A stretch of 64,000 nt of DNA from Felis catus. Lineage: Eukaryota. The position numbers were made by a program, and so were the translations under genes. The stretch lies in NCBI RefSeq assembly GCF_018350175.1, contig NC_058383.1:35588001-35652000 (forward strand). The letters are read 5' to 3'. Below, piece after piece: positions 23,341 through 36,574 of the stretch (its first letter is position 1; every line of letters begins with the position of its first letter). The notes under the pieces were generated by a model. That model worked only from the letters and a program-made list of their open reading frames with translations. It searched no databases and was not told the DNA's origin.

Positions 23341-24462
23341 TCTTCTGTCCATTTTCTAATTGGATTTAGTTTAACTTTTGACTTTTGAGATTTTTAAAAA
23401 TATATTTTAGATATTAGTTCTTTATCAGATATCAAATTTGCAAACATTTCCTCCCAGGTTGTCACATATCTTTATGATATGTTAACAGGGTGTTCACAGA
23501 GTAAAGATTTTTAATTTTGGTGAAGTCCAATTTATCATTTTCTTTTCTTTTACAAATACTCCTTTCTGCTGTCATGTCACCAAGACTTAGGTCCTAAATT
23601 TTTTCTCATCTTATTGTCTGCAAGGGCTATCATTTTATATTTTACATTTAATCTATGATCTATTTTGAATGAATTTTTTTAATAAAATGTGAAGCTTAGG
23701 TCAAGTTGTTTTATTTTTTTGTTTATTTGTCTATGGTTATTTGGATATTGAATTATCCTTCCTCCACTGGACCGCTTTTGCAGTATTGCCAAGAATCAGT
23801 TGGCCACACTGGTGTGTTACTATTTCTGTGTTCTTTGCTGTGTTTCATTGATCTGAGTATCTATCCTCCAGTAAATACCACACAGAAATGATTACTGGAA
23901 CTATTCAACAAGTCTTGAAACTGGGTGAAATGATTTCTCCCACCTTATTCTTCTTCTTAAAAATTGTTTTNNNNNNNNNNNNNNNNNNNNNNNNNNNNNN
24001 NNNNNNNNNNNNNNNNNNNNNNNNNNNNNNNNNNNNNNNNNNNNNNNNNNNNNNNNNNNNNNNNNNNNNNNNNNNNNNNNNNNNNNNNNNNNNNNNNNNN
24101 NNNNNNNNNNNNNNNNNNNNNNNNNNNNNNNNNNNNNNNNNNNNNNNNNNNNNNNNNNNNNNNNNNNNNNNNNNNNNNNNNNNNNNNNNNNNNNNNATGC
24201 AAGTCTTGCATGTGTTTTGTTAGGTGTACACTTAAGTATTTTACTATTCTGAGTGATTATAAATGGTATTGCATTTTAAAATTTGGTTCAGTGCGCTTAT
24301 TGCTAGAATATAGAAATACAGTTGATTTTTGTATATGATCTTGTATCCTATGATTTTGCTAAACTTAAAGTCATCAAAATGCTTTTTCTTGGTAGATTCC
24401 TTGGGATTTTCTACATAGACAATTGTGTCATTCACAAATAGGGACAGATTTATTTCTTTGTT

Positions 24463-24464
<2 letters not shown>

Positions 24465-24510
<46 letters not shown>
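24465..24510. repeat. (AT)23 microsatellite
   Basis: Seen directly. Confidence 0.95.
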
Positions 24511-24512
<2 letters not shown>

Positions 24513-26304
24513 CCGTTTTTTGTCCTTTTGGGCTAGCTACAACTTACACAATATGTTGAATAGCAGAGGTATTTTGTTCCTGATCTCAGGGGGAAATCAG
24601 TCTTTTATCCTTAAGTACAGTATTAGTTAAAGGTTTTTTTGCACATGGTATCAATTTAAGGAAATGCCCTCTATTCCTAGTTTTCTGAAGTTCTGGGTGG
24701 GTATTTAATTTTGTCAAATGTTTTTTTCTATACTGACTGATATGATCACACATTTTTTTCCCCTTTGGCCTAGCAATGTGGTAGATTAAAGTGATTTATT
24801 TTTGAATACAGAAATAGAGTTGCATCCATGAAATATTCCCCACTAGGTCATGGTTTATCATTGTTTTATACATTGCTGAATTCTATTTGCAAATATTTTG
24901 TTAAGTATGTTACATCTATATTCACGAGGGATTTTAGATTCTAGTTGGTCTTTCTTTTTGTACTGTCTTTGTCTGGTTTTGAGGTCAGAGTATAATGGCT
25001 TCATAAAATAAATCAGGTTATGTTCCATCCTTTTCTATTTCCTGGAAGATACTGTGTAGAATTGGTGTTAATTGTTCTTTAAACATTGGTAGAATTCTCC
25101 AGTGAAACCATCTGGACCTGTAGTTTCCTTCTGGGAGAGTTTTAAAATTATGTATTAGATTTCCTTATTAGTTATATCTCTTTTATACCAGGTGAACTGT
25201 GGTAGTTTGTACTTCTCGAGGAATTGATCTATTTCATCTAAGTTGTCAAATTTATGTGTGCAGAGCTGTTCATAATATTCCTTTATTATCCTTTTTTAAC
25301 ATTTTCACTGTCTATAATGATACCTCGTTTCATTCTGATATTGGTCATTATTGCCTTCTTCTTTCTGTCATTCTTGCTAGAGGTTTGCATTTTCTTTAAC
25401 CTTTTTAAAGAACTTGTTTTTTTCTACTGTTTTTGTTTTCAATTTCATTGGCTTTTGCTCCAATCTGGATTATTCCCTGCCTTCTGCTTGCTTTGGACTT
25501 ATTTAGTTGTTCTTTCTCTGTTTTCTTGAAGTGGAAATTTATATATTATTACTTTTAGACTTTTCCCTTCTTTACTGAAAGGATTTAATACTCTACATTT
25601 CCCTCTTGGCACTGCTTTAGCTGTCTCTCACAAGTTTTGGTAGGTTGCGTGTTTATTTTCAATAAGTTAATGTATTTAAAAATACATATATCTTGCGATT
25701 TCTTCTTTGACACATAGAGTACATAGTTTGTTGTTTAGTTTCCAAGTGTTTGGAGGTTTTCTTTGATCTTTATGTTCAGGACATGGTCAATCTCAGTATA
25801 TAGTCCATGGGCTCCTGAAGAATGTGTATTGTATTGTTTTGCAGTGTTTTCTATAAAGGTTGGCTGCATCCTGTTGGCTGATTGCTGTTAAGTTCTTCTC
25901 TGTCCTTGCTGATATCCTACCAAGTTTTTGTATCAATTGTTGAGAAAGGGAATTTTGAGATTCAGATGAAAAATATGCAATTTTATTTATTTATTTTAAT
26001 GCTATCAGTTTTTGCTTCATATTTTGCAGCTCTTTTATGTGGTGATACACATTTAGGAGTCCTATAAGTTATCTCCTGGGTTTTAACTCTCCTCTCTAAT
26101 ACTCTGTCCTAAGTACAATAGATGCTGTGGTCCCTGGACAACCAGTTCTGACCTCTCAGGGCAGGGAGACCACTGAGCTTCACCTGGTTTCCCCTTCTCT
26201 GTGCAAGGAAACTTTCTTAATACAATAAGCTAGGGCAACTATGGGGCTCACCACATTATTTCCCTCTTTCTCAAAGGTCACTGTCTGTCATTGCCTAATG
26301 TACA

Positions 26305-26560
26305 TCCATAGATTAAGTGTTTGTGCTCCCCGAAATTTCATATGTTAAACCCTAACTTCCAAAGCAATAGTACTAGGAGGTGGGGACTTTACAGGATGAT
26401 TAGGTCATGAAGGTGGATCTCTCATGAATGGGATTACTTGACCTTATAAAACAGACCCCACAGAAATCCCTTGCCCCTTCTGCCATGTGAAAAGATAGAC
26501 ATCTATCTATGAACAAGGAAGTGCACTGAATCTGTCATCAGACACTGTCATCACTGTCAT
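26305..26560 (+). mobile_element. MaLR LTR (MLT1A-like), runs into a gap
   Basis: GGAGGTGGGGACTTT...GATTAGGTCATGAAGGTGGATCTCTCATGAATGGGATTA. Confidence 0.85.
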
Positions 26561-26844
26561 CAGNNNNNNNNNNNNNNNNNNNNNNNNNNNNNNNNNNNNN
26601 NNNNNNNNNNNNNNNNNNNNNNNNNNNNNNNNNNNNNNNNNNNNNNNNNNNNNNNNNNNNNNNNNNNNNNNNNNNNNNNNNNNNNNNNNNNNNNNNNNNN
26701 NNNNNNNNNNNNNNNNNNNNNNNNNNNNNNNNNNNNNNNNNACTACAAGTCCAGTCTCTCTCTCTCTAGAATTATTGAAGGAAAGAAGAACTAAAAATGC
26801 CCTTTGTGCTGTTAGTTTTCCATTGTAGAGACACATTACTATAC

Positions 26845-26925
26845 TGGCAATAGCATTTATTTAACACTACGCTCTGGGCCAGGCACTCTGCTAAGGGATG
26901 TTCACTCACTAGCTTACCTAATAAA
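26845..26925 (-). mobile_element. MIR/L2 tail fragment
   Basis: AGCATTTATTTAACACTAC...GCCAGGCACTCTGCTAAG. Confidence 0.5.
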
Positions 26926-27479
26926 TATGTTTAATTACAAGCCCTCATAGCTTCTCCCATCCCTAAGACATATAGTGCATCATGTTTAAGAAAAGTCTAC
27001 AGTATCCTAACTAAAATATAAGCATCCTCGATATAAAACATTTCCCTCTTATTAATAAATGATTTTTTATGTAAATCCCATCCTTTTAACACAGAAGTTT
27101 GGGGGGAATGACTACAAGAAAGCAGAGAGGCACCAAGTGGGAGTTTTTTTCCTAGCCAGCTGGGCAGGACAAGAAACAACATGGTGGTTCTTCCAACTTT
27201 CAAGATTTGCTTTCTATTCCAATACCATGATGGATGCTTACCTGAATGCTCAAGATTTTTTCTAGTCTTTGGTAATTTAAACTAAGAATTAACCGTAGTT
27301 AACTTTTAGACTTCTAAAAAGAAATAATAATGAGTAAGAGCAGGGGAAATAGCAACTAGAATTTGGTAAGAAAAACTGTGGAGAGATGCAAAAATAGTGT
27401 CATTCCTGATCTATTCAAATTATATCACCTCATTCTTTGTTTGTTCTAGCCAGATATCCCTAGTTCTTACCAATACTGT

Positions 27480-27590
27480 TTGTAATTTTGCCTCTTGTTT
27501 CCTCTATTGTAAGCCCCAAGAAGGGAAGGAAGACCAAGTCTGTTTTGTATACTACTGACACATGTAGACACTCAATGACTACTGCTTAGC
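27480..27590 (+). mobile_element. L2 tail fragment
   Basis: TTGTAAGCCCCAAGAAGGGAAGG...GTAGACACTCAAT. Confidence 0.5.
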
Positions 27591-28509
27591 TGAGATTCTC
27601 CTTTTCCAGACAGCACCCAGGTCAGGGATACATGGCAGGTCAGGACATATAGGTTGCTCACCTCTCAATGCTTCATTCATGGCATACATCACTAACTGAT
27701 CATGGCAGTCCCTGCTAAATCTACACCCAGGCTTAGGATCCATTACTTCAGACTCCAAGCAGGCTACTTTCCCACCCCTTTTCCTTTTTCTGATGTATCC
27801 ATGACTGGAATTTACAGCATATGAATAAATGATTCCTTACACGGTCAGAGGAGGGCAGAGTACAACAGAGACATGATATAAATAACGAGCGCTCCTTCTA
27901 CACTGGTTTTCTATGTTAACAAATGGGAGTGAGTTGTATTTGCTTATGTTGCTGTTTCATGGTTAAAATAATTTGAAGCAGCAAGGGGAAACCTTATATA
28001 GATTGGAAAATATTTAGATAGCCATGCTCCTGCTTCCCCCAATCGCTTTCAATGAACAAGTTAATCCACCTGAACAGCCAACCTAGGGAAATAAAACATA
28101 ATTATTCCAACAACTGAAGCCAAACCCCCACCACTAACTTATTCCTCAACCATCTGCTTACTCCAAGCGGTCACAGGAGGAGGGCCTCTGAATTGTGTAA
28201 CTAATGGTCGAGTTCCAGAATTCACTTCCTCACATGTCTGTTCTCCACAGTGGGAGAGGACCACTACCCCCGACTCATTCCCCTCCCTCTTACCCCACTC
28301 AGGTCCCACTAGAGTGGACTCCTTTATTGGGCTTCTCATACCCAGGCTTGAGCTTCTGGGGCAAATGCAACCCCAGAGGGGCAAGAAATGGTTAAACACC
28401 AAAGAGCAGCTGCCACATAGACAGCTCTGAGTAAATGAGTGTTGAATAATATCTATTTCTGAAGACTTATATTCTGACAGGTACTGCATTAGGAGTTATC
28501 TATCTATAA

Positions 28510-28680
28510 CTTTCTAATCCTAAAAAAGTCTTGAACAGTAGGTACAATTTCCCTGACAAGATTGAGTAACCACTTGAACAGTTTAAGCAACTTCTCAAGT
28601 CTACCTGTTTAGTGAATGGCTGAGTTCAGTGTGGAGCTCAGGTTTATTTAACTTCCAAACCCATATCCTTTGCACTATAA
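28510..28680 (-). mobile_element. MIR SINE
   Basis: GTTTAAGCAACTTCTCAAGTC...GTGAATGGCTGAG...ACTTCCAAACCCAT. Confidence 0.55.
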
Positions 28681-29089
28681 ACCACCTGCCTCTTGCCCCA
28701 TTAGAGACCATATTTGTTAATTGCAACTAGCAATAAATCATCAATTTTATTCTTAAAACACTTCTTAATAACATGCAAGCCACCAAATCTACTGAAAGTG
28801 AATTACTATTCTTCTGTTTTGTTCTTTATGTCTAGATCCTGTAAGAAATGTTTTCCACGTTTTTAAGTAGAACTTAAGTTGTCCCTGTTAGATAGGAATA
28901 AAGGAAGAACACAAGAAGAAGAGAAAGAGGAAAAAGAGAATTGACGTCTACTTTCCACACGCAGTCGCTTCCTTGCAAGGAAGCTGTTTGTAAGAGAAGG
29001 AGAGGAGCCATCACAGAAAAAAATATCTGAGTAATAGAGACGTCATCCCAGGCAGGTTAGGACAGCAGATAAGGACACAATCTCCTAAT

Positions 29090-29285
29090 TGACTTGGATT
29101 AAACTCCCAGTTGGTCCACTTATTCTTTGGGGGCAATTTGAATAAATTACTTAACTTCCTGCACCTAGGTCCTCATCTATAATGTTGGGATATTAATACT
29201 TTCACCTCCAGGTTTACCATGAGGATTAAATGAGATAATCCACATAATGGAAATGGCTACATAATCCAAATGCTCAGTAAATTCA
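29090..29285 (+). mobile_element. MIR SINE
   Basis: AAATTACTTAACTTCCTGCACCTAGGTCCTCATCTATAA...GAGGATTAAATGAGATAAT. Confidence 0.7.
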
Positions 29286-29961
29286 AGCTGTTATGATCAA
29301 TGATTAGCAATCTCATGAATTCAAAAGTCAGCCCAGAGGATATTCTTTTCATCCTCTTGAACAAAGCAAATATATCTATACAAACCCTTCCATGCTCAGT
29401 GCTCAACAATGGGCATTTACAGACATTCAATGAGAGTTGAATGGAGGGGTCAGACTTCACACAACTGCCACGCTGCATGGATGTGGGCCAGGATCCAAAG
29501 CGCAGAAAGAGTAGAAATAAAGCTGTTGAACTCTGTGCAATTCCAGCAGAAGTCTGAGCAATCTGGTAATAAGACTGGAACCTCACATTCAGGCAGACTG
29601 TGTGGGAGTTCTCTAAAACAGCTATGGCAAGAAGAAATGTAAGTATATACTACACCCCAGTGATGCCAGGACTGAGCCCTGGACCCCACAGACTGTCATA
29701 CAGATTTTAGCTTCACAGCAAGTCTTTGAGCAGACAAAGATGCTCTTCAGCATATCTAACAACAAGTCCCTGACAGCATGGCACCAACAGTCAGAACAGG
29801 CACTGGCCATGCATCCTGGCCAAACATCAGCTCTGGAGCAAGGCCTTACTCTTCTGTTTACCAGCAAGTCTCACAAATGCGATTAGAACTCAGGTCTGTC
29901 AGATTCCAGAACTCAGGTTTCCTTTTTGTTTGATCGATTGATTGCTTACTGGCTGCTTGGT

Positions 29962-30260
29962 TTTTTTAGGATGTAATTTTTCGGGAGCGGTTTTAGGCTC
30001 ACAGCACAATTAAGAACGTACAGAGATTTCCCACCTACCCCCTGCCCCAACATAGCCCCAACATCACCTCCTCCACTGTGGACATTCCCCACCAGAGTGG
30101 TACATTTGTTACAGCTGATGAAACTGCATTGACATATCATCACTGAAAGTCCATAGTTTTCATTAGGGTTTCGTGTTACATATTCTATGGGTTTGGACAA
30201 ATGCAAAATGACACATGTCTATCAATACAGTATCATACAGAGTATTTTCACTGTCCTAAA
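29962..30260 (-). mobile_element. L1MC1-like 3' end
   Basis: CCCCACCAGAGTGGTACATTTGTTACA...AAAGTCCATAGTTTTCATTAGGG. Confidence 0.85.
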
Positions 30261-30424
30261 AGAGCTTGGGATTTTAATCACTACGGGCTATAACCATCAT
30301 TTATATGTGCTACGTATTAATTATTAAATGGTTCATTACAAAAATATTTGACTAGCTTGACTTAGCAAATTCTTCTGTTGCCCTAAGAAAGTCCACAATG
30401 AAACCTTCTTTATATAATTTTCAG

Positions 30425-30496
30425 GAGGCTATAGCACTGACAAGCTGCAGCTGACAGGCACACTCTCTTCTCTGATACATGGGCCGTATTTATCAG
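30425..30496 (+). other. Candidate 72-nt internal exon (unknown transcript)
   Basis: Acceptor TTCTTTATATAATTTTCAG, donor CAG|GTAAAG; open only in phase 1-1 (GYSTDKLQLTGTLSSLIHGPYLS). Confidence 0.25.
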
Positions 30497-30976
30497 GTAA
30501 AGATATGGCTCACGCAGGAGGACTTATATACATGTTTAAGGCACAGTTCTTTTTCCATAACACTGAATGCCAAATTTCACAAAGTTTACCTGGGCTCTGG
30601 CATCTGCTAATATCCTCACAGTTAAAATGCCACTTTCTAACATGTAAGAGGTAAGGCATTGGATTTGCTTCTTTATCCACATTTTGATATTTGCAGGAAT
30701 TTCAGTGTTGCTGATATTTATGAACTTCTTCTTTGGCATTTTGTATGTCAAAGGGAGACCTAGATGTTGCACCTCTTAATGAGTTAATTTTTAAAAATTA
30801 GCCATTTTTTATTTTTAAAATGCCAGTAATTTATGAGCCCTCATAAAAAGTGTAAAATTAGCTTTTAATTTATACATATATTGGTATTTTCATAATTGGT
30901 CATAAACTGTAACACCACATAGATCAACAGAGCTTATGATATGAATTTGGGAAAGTTTAAATAACGGCTACCCAAG

Positions 30977-30978
<2 letters not shown>

Positions 30979-31016
<38 letters not shown>
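30979..31016. repeat. (AG)19 microsatellite
   Basis: Seen directly. Confidence 0.95.
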
Positions 31017-31021
<5 letters not shown>

Positions 31022-31961
31022 TTCATTATTTACTCCTTAAAAATGTAGGCATACAGTGCATATGGTTGCAATGATAGAATGTGCTTGTTCTCCCATGGCA
31101 TAAATCAGGCTTCTGTGCTTTAGGCAACAGAGGATGTCAACATTCCATATAAATGCTAAGTATTCACCTTGTTCTTCTCTACAACGCTAGGGCCATCCTC
31201 TTAATGGTGAGAGGCTGCCTTACACACCTACTATGCACTAGTCACTGTGGGTAATTTGCCATATGATGGTGGAAACTTTGCCTATTCAGGATGAAAAGCA
31301 ACTGCCTGGAACACTAAATCTCACTGCCCTTAACATCCTATGCTATTCCCCTGGAGGAGCTATTCGGCGAGCCAGGTGACCCCAATCTCCTTGATTGCCT
31401 CCCCCAGGGCAGGTGCAGTACAGGTGACTAGCCCAGGGAGGACAGTGGTCTCTGGGTGGTGCATTGGTAGACAGGCATGCTGAGTCCATCAGAGGCTTTC
31501 TCTCCCCCCTGAGAATGTGAACTGGGTCCCAGGGCTCATAGATGTTTAGAGTGGCTGCAGGTGGTGTTGCATAGGGGAGTCCTGCACTAATTTTGCACCG
31601 CTCTTACCCAAGTATACCGCAGCTGAGATTGTAGACAAGCAGAAACTATGAGAAATCAGGGGACAGGAGTCATCAGAGAGAAGAAAGGATCATATAAGTA
31701 CAGGGAAGAGATCAGAGGCCATGCAGAAGGAATAAAAGCAAAGGAAAGAGTGAAGGAGAGAGAGAGAAAAGGAGGAGAAAGGGGTAGACTTCTAGTTTCC
31801 TAGCTTGACTGCTCAGAGCTGGGTTCCCTGAGATTCTCTCGGACACTTTAAAAATGTTCCTTTTGATTCAAATTAGTTTTACTAGGTTGGGCTAACCTCA
31901 TATATTATTCCTATATGTCAGGTTTTTACTTACTGTGAAAGAGAACAAAGGAATACACAAG

Positions 31962-32424
31962 ATACTTGATTCATTTGGATTACCCCTGAAACAACGAGCC
32001 AAGGATCTGAGAGCAAGTTGTTTATTTGGGAGCAGAGGGAACCCAGTGGGGAAAGAAGGAAGGTGTTCAGAGAAGTAAAAGCATCTATTAATAAAGGGTT
32101 CACAAGGACACCAGCTACAACATTGGGTTGATCCTGTGGGGAAACCAGTAAAACATGTGCCTCAACATCATGCCACACAGGGGGTAAGGGAGCTGGGATA
32201 TTTATACACCAACTCCCAGGAGTCATTGGCTGAGGGCTGCTCCTTACAGTACCAAATCCCCCACAGTTCTGGTCTCCTGTGTGAACAAGTCAAACAATTT
32301 CCTATAATCCTTGTAAATATCTTCAAGCAGAGGGATACCCACAGCGACAGCTCAAAGTCTGAAGAAACACAAAGAAATGACCAGACCAGAGGATGGGTGG
32401 ACCAGGATCCAGCATTCTGTAACA
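31962..32424 (-). mobile_element. ERVL solo LTR (LTR33/LTR16-like), near full length
   Basis: GAGCAAGTTGTTTATTTGGGAG; GGGAGCTGGGATATTTATACACCAACTCCC...TCATTGGCTGAGGGCTGCTCC; terminal ...TGTAACA. Confidence 0.8.
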
Positions 32425-32764
32425 GATGGGATTTTGGGTCACTGATGCCCTGTTTCTGAAGTATAGCCATGCACTAGACATTAACAGTCCGCAATGATGG
32501 CTGATCAGTATCTGTCCACACTTGTGGCAGTATTTCCAGATCTTCTTAGTTATGCTGGGCTCCATTTCCTCCATATCCTACCATTTTACATTAGAATCAG
32601 GCATTTCCTCTAGGATCTAGTTTTTACTTCTTCCCTGTAAACTTGCCTCCTTTAGCAACTCTAACCACCTTCTGCAGCCCCACCATACCATTCAGACTCC
32701 AAGAGAGACATATAACCAGATTTTCAAAGACAGAGGATATTCCTGAAAAGATTCCAACTAAGGC

Positions 32765-32900
32765 CAGTGGTTCTTAAATACTGGCTCGTGGATCAAAATG
32801 GGGTTCATGGGGAGCCTATGAAGACAGAAATTCCTCATACCTGGGGATTCTGATTCAGGAGGACAGGCTGGGGTCTGGGCATCTTGAATAAAATCTACTT
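32765..32900 (+). mobile_element. MER5A-like hAT-Charlie MITE
   Basis: CAGTGGTTCTTAAA...GATTCTGATTCAGGAGG...GGGGTCTGGGCATC. Confidence 0.6.
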
Positions 32901-34657
32901 GTGGTCCTGTTCCTCAGACAGAAATGAGAAACTCCTAATAAATGACATCTAAGGTATCTTTCAACCCTATGATTCTGTAATCCACTGAAGAGTCAGTTTG
33001 GTCTTAGTGATGACCTTAAAAATGGTTTGGGGCTCCAGGAGAATGGCATTTCATATAAATGTCCTCACTTAATGATTAGTAAAGATCTTTCACAAAATGA
33101 CCAGTCTCCTTATTAACCAATGACATCACTATCATCCCTGAATCTAACCCCCTTTACAGAACTGTATAAATATGGACCCCACATATTTACTGCTTACTAT
33201 ATGATATCTTTCATGTTCTAAAATTAACACAAGGGAGACCAAATGGATTCTCATCATCCACATTATGAGATGAATCCCCTTATCCTTAGAGTTGTACACA
33301 CTGGTGAACAATTCTACCATCTCCCCATATAAAGCTTTATACTTTTTCAGGCTTTGTTCCCATGTCTCCTTCTCCTCTCAAGATAGGTAAAGAGTTGTAT
33401 TTATTTTGGGCTTCTTTTAGGGAAGCAAACACTTAAGTCAAAGCAAGCAGGGATTGGAGAGGTGGGGAAATCTGTTGTTAACATACAGCCCAGGCATTTC
33501 TAAAGAGACCCAAGGTTATTTCCAAACACTCCAAATTATTTTCTGGAGGAAAATGCTCAAGAAGTCAAAGCACCCGTCAACACATTAAGACCTCAAGTTC
33601 TGATAAGCCATTCTCTCCTCTTAAAGTGAGGCATTCTGTACAAGTTTTAGGAAGACCCGTCATGATTTATTCTCTGTTCTCAACAGGTTTCTCCCAAACC
33701 TTGCTCGTTTTATGAGTACTTCAGCATTTATCATTAGAAGTATTACCTTCTTCACGGAACAAGAAACAAAACTGTTTTGACCCAAGTTACACAGAAGATG
33801 GCTTTACAATCCAACTTGCACATAGGTAGAATTTTGTTCTCACATCTAAACTACCTTCCAACAAAGAAATATTAAGTTCTATATGTCTTAACTTAGAACA
33901 CAGGGAAGTAAGCTCCAGACACAGCCAGGAATCAATCCTTCAGCAACCTTTTCCACTCTAGGGTTTTGATCATATTCCCAGAGGCAGAAGTATTAGCCTG
34001 TCCAGGAGGCTGTACACAGACACTGTCTTGGGGTCTGTGGGTCTAAATTTGCATTTTTAAACTTTCTATTGGATTCATTTGAAGGCTCCTGGAGACTACC
34101 TTGCTAGCCAACAGAATGTCTACAGAATTGTAGAACATGCCTGGTGCTTGATAAACAATTTTTGAAGAAATGAGTGAATGAGTAAATTAGATTCCCCACG
34201 GTTGTCACTCCATCGTTTACAATACAATCAATCAGGGAATGTTTTAAAAAACCTGATGCTANNNNNNNNNNNNNNNNNNNNNNNNNNNNNNNNNNNNNNN
34301 NNNNNNNNNNNNNNNNNNNNNNNNNNNNNNNNNNNNNNNNNNNNNNNNNNNNNNNNNNNNNNNNNNNNNNNNNNNNNNNNNNNNNNNNNGTTATATGATT
34401 CATTATATTACATATATTAGTTAAATATTTTAGGCAATTCTATTGTGCCATGGTTGCTGAGAAAGAAGAGATCAGAATAATCATATGAACTAAACTCCTC
34501 AGTGTAGTATCTCCATTTCAACAGAGGCTACTCATATATTAGGACATTGGGAATATCTGAAAAATAGGGTCAAATAAATTATTTACACATATCCCCATAT
34601 GATTTGTTGATTGTGTTAAATGAAATGAATGCTGATGAAGTGGCCCTCCTTTGTACT

Positions 34658-34660
<3 letters not shown>

Positions 34661-34688
<28 letters not shown>
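34661..34688. repeat. (TG)14 microsatellite
   Basis: Seen directly. Confidence 0.95.
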
Positions 34689-35569
34689 CACATGCTTACA
34701 TGCATATACATGTACATAGATATATGTATATACATCCATGTAGAGCATTAACTAAAAATTTGTCAGTCCTTCTTCTGACTATTTTGAATGGTACATGAAT
34801 TAGATTAACTATCCCGATTATGCAGNNNNNNNNNNNNNNNNNNNNNNNNNNNNNNNNNNNNNNNNNNNNNNNNNNNNNNNNNNNNNNNNNNNNNNNNNNN
34901 NNNNNNNNNNNNNNNNNNNNNNNNNNNNNNNNNNNNNNNNNNNNNNNNNNNNNNNNNNNNNNNNNNNNNNNNNTCAGAATCAATATCCGACATTAGCCAG
35001 CATGGGGAAGCTCAAATACAAGGCAGCGTCTGAAAGCAGCGTTTCCCTATATTGAGTAATTGTGCTTTGTGTGGGGGTAACGAGCTGTTTGTTGAATGTC
35101 ACCACTTCAGATGCATCGAGAATTAACAACTTTATCTTCCCTTTATGTTACGTAATAAAAGGGATTACTTCATAGACATGAACAATTCTCAAGGTTATGA
35201 AACATTCAAAATACAGTTGGGCTCAAGGAATCTTGCCTCCTCTGTAAGGAGAGAGAAAGAACAAGACATTGGATTTTAACTGTTTACACAAGAGAGAAAT
35301 TTGCTCAAGTTATGTTTTTAGTTTTTTGATGAGTAAACTGCAACCTTGTATTTCCCCAAGCTGAAAATTGCTCAGGGGCATATATACTATACCACGACAG
35401 TCTTGCAGAAGCTTCACTTGAGATGAGAGAGTGACTGCAGGGATTGGTACTGCTTGAAGAAATTTGCCAAAAGCATAGCGAAAGGGTATGAGGACAACAG
35501 TAAAAAATAATAAACAATAAAATGTTAGACATTTGTTGTGTGTTTACTCTACGGCTGGTCCTATCCTAA

Positions 35570-35680
35570 GAACCTGACTGCATTCCCTCCTATAAGCCTC
35601 AAAAGAAACTGATGAAGGCAGAAGTATTATGTTCTCCCCATTTATGAATAAGGAACCGAAAGGGGATCTAAAGGAATTTA
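35570..35680 (-). mobile_element. MIR fragment
   Basis: TATTATGTTCTCCCCATTTATGAATAAGGAACCGA. Confidence 0.5.
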
Positions 35681-35785
35681 CTCTCCCCCATCTCTAAGGG
35701 CAGAAGTAGTGCAGCAGGATTCCAAAAGAGATCGTATGATTTCATAATGGAATCAGGTAAATATTATATGTAAGAATAATGGCTA

Positions 35786-35990
35786 GGGTGCCTGGGTGGC
35801 TCAGTTGGTTGAGCATCCAACTTCGGCTCCGGTCATGATCTCATGGTTTGTGAGTTCGAGCCCCATGTCGGGCTCTGTGCTGACAGCTCAGAGCCTGAAG
35901 CCTGCTTCACATTCTGTCTCTCTCTCTCTCCCTCTCCCCCTCTCTCCGTCTCTCTCAAAAATAAATAAACACTTAAAAAAATTTTTTTAA
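35786..35990 (+). mobile_element. Can-SINE (SINEC_Fc)
   Basis: GGGTGCCTGGGTGGCTCAGTTGGTTGAGC...CT tract...AAAATAAATAAAC tail. Confidence 0.95.
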
Positions 35991-36574
35991 ATGTCCACTA
36001 AGGTGCCATAGGAGGAAGAACAGAGAAACAACGTAAAATGCAATGGAAAACAATGAAGACTGAAGGCCTGTCAAAGCAAAAATGAGATGGGTGCTTCTGA
36101 AATCAAGAAGGTACTTCATAGAGATGCTCCCAAATGTGAACCTATGTGATAAGGGTGCCTTGGGCATGTATACCTGGACACATTCCTCATCCCTACCCTG
36201 AGGAGGCAGAACACCCCATCAAATTCATACTGAAACTCACTGTGGCTGTAGAACTCCATTCAAACAGATCCCCCAAGAGCTATTTATACTGTTTCCTTTC
36301 CCCTCATTAAAGTCCTGGCTCAGGCTAATAAATCAGTGTACAATTTGTGTATAATCTAATTTTTGCCTTGTGCTTCATCTGGTGTAGGTGGAAGCAGGGG
36401 AAAAATGAAAAAAAGCAACAACTGTAAAATGAAGACTAATGAGAACTTGGATCCTTAAGAAAATATCCTTTGGAAATGCCCAGAAATGTCCAATCTGCAC
36501 TTTGGGGTTGTCGGAACTGTAGGAAAAAATGAGTCTGACCTCTTCCTTCTGTGGACTTATGACTTGTGAGGGCA

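Larger units (their letters stand above)
22165..26305 (-). mobile_element. Second old L1 (L1MB-like): 3' UTR through ORF2 to 5' region, interrupted by SINEs, a gap and (AT)n
   Basis: GTTGCAAAGATAGTACAGAGAGGTCCTGTACCC 3' end; CCTGGCAACCACTAAT; antisense ORF2 blocks to ~26060; GGGCTCACC...GGTCACTGTC 5'-region motif. Confidence 0.85.

Noticed and set aside
17770-26305. L1 ORF1/ORF2 as functional CDS
   Set aside because: Heavily mutated, interrupted and without any long open frame.
27619-27642. Two AGGTCA half-sites
   Set aside because: The 12-bp spacing does not fit canonical DR1-DR5 nuclear receptor elements.
33687-33826. Exon-like segment with a good acceptor
   Set aside because: Stops in all three frames and only a moderate donor.
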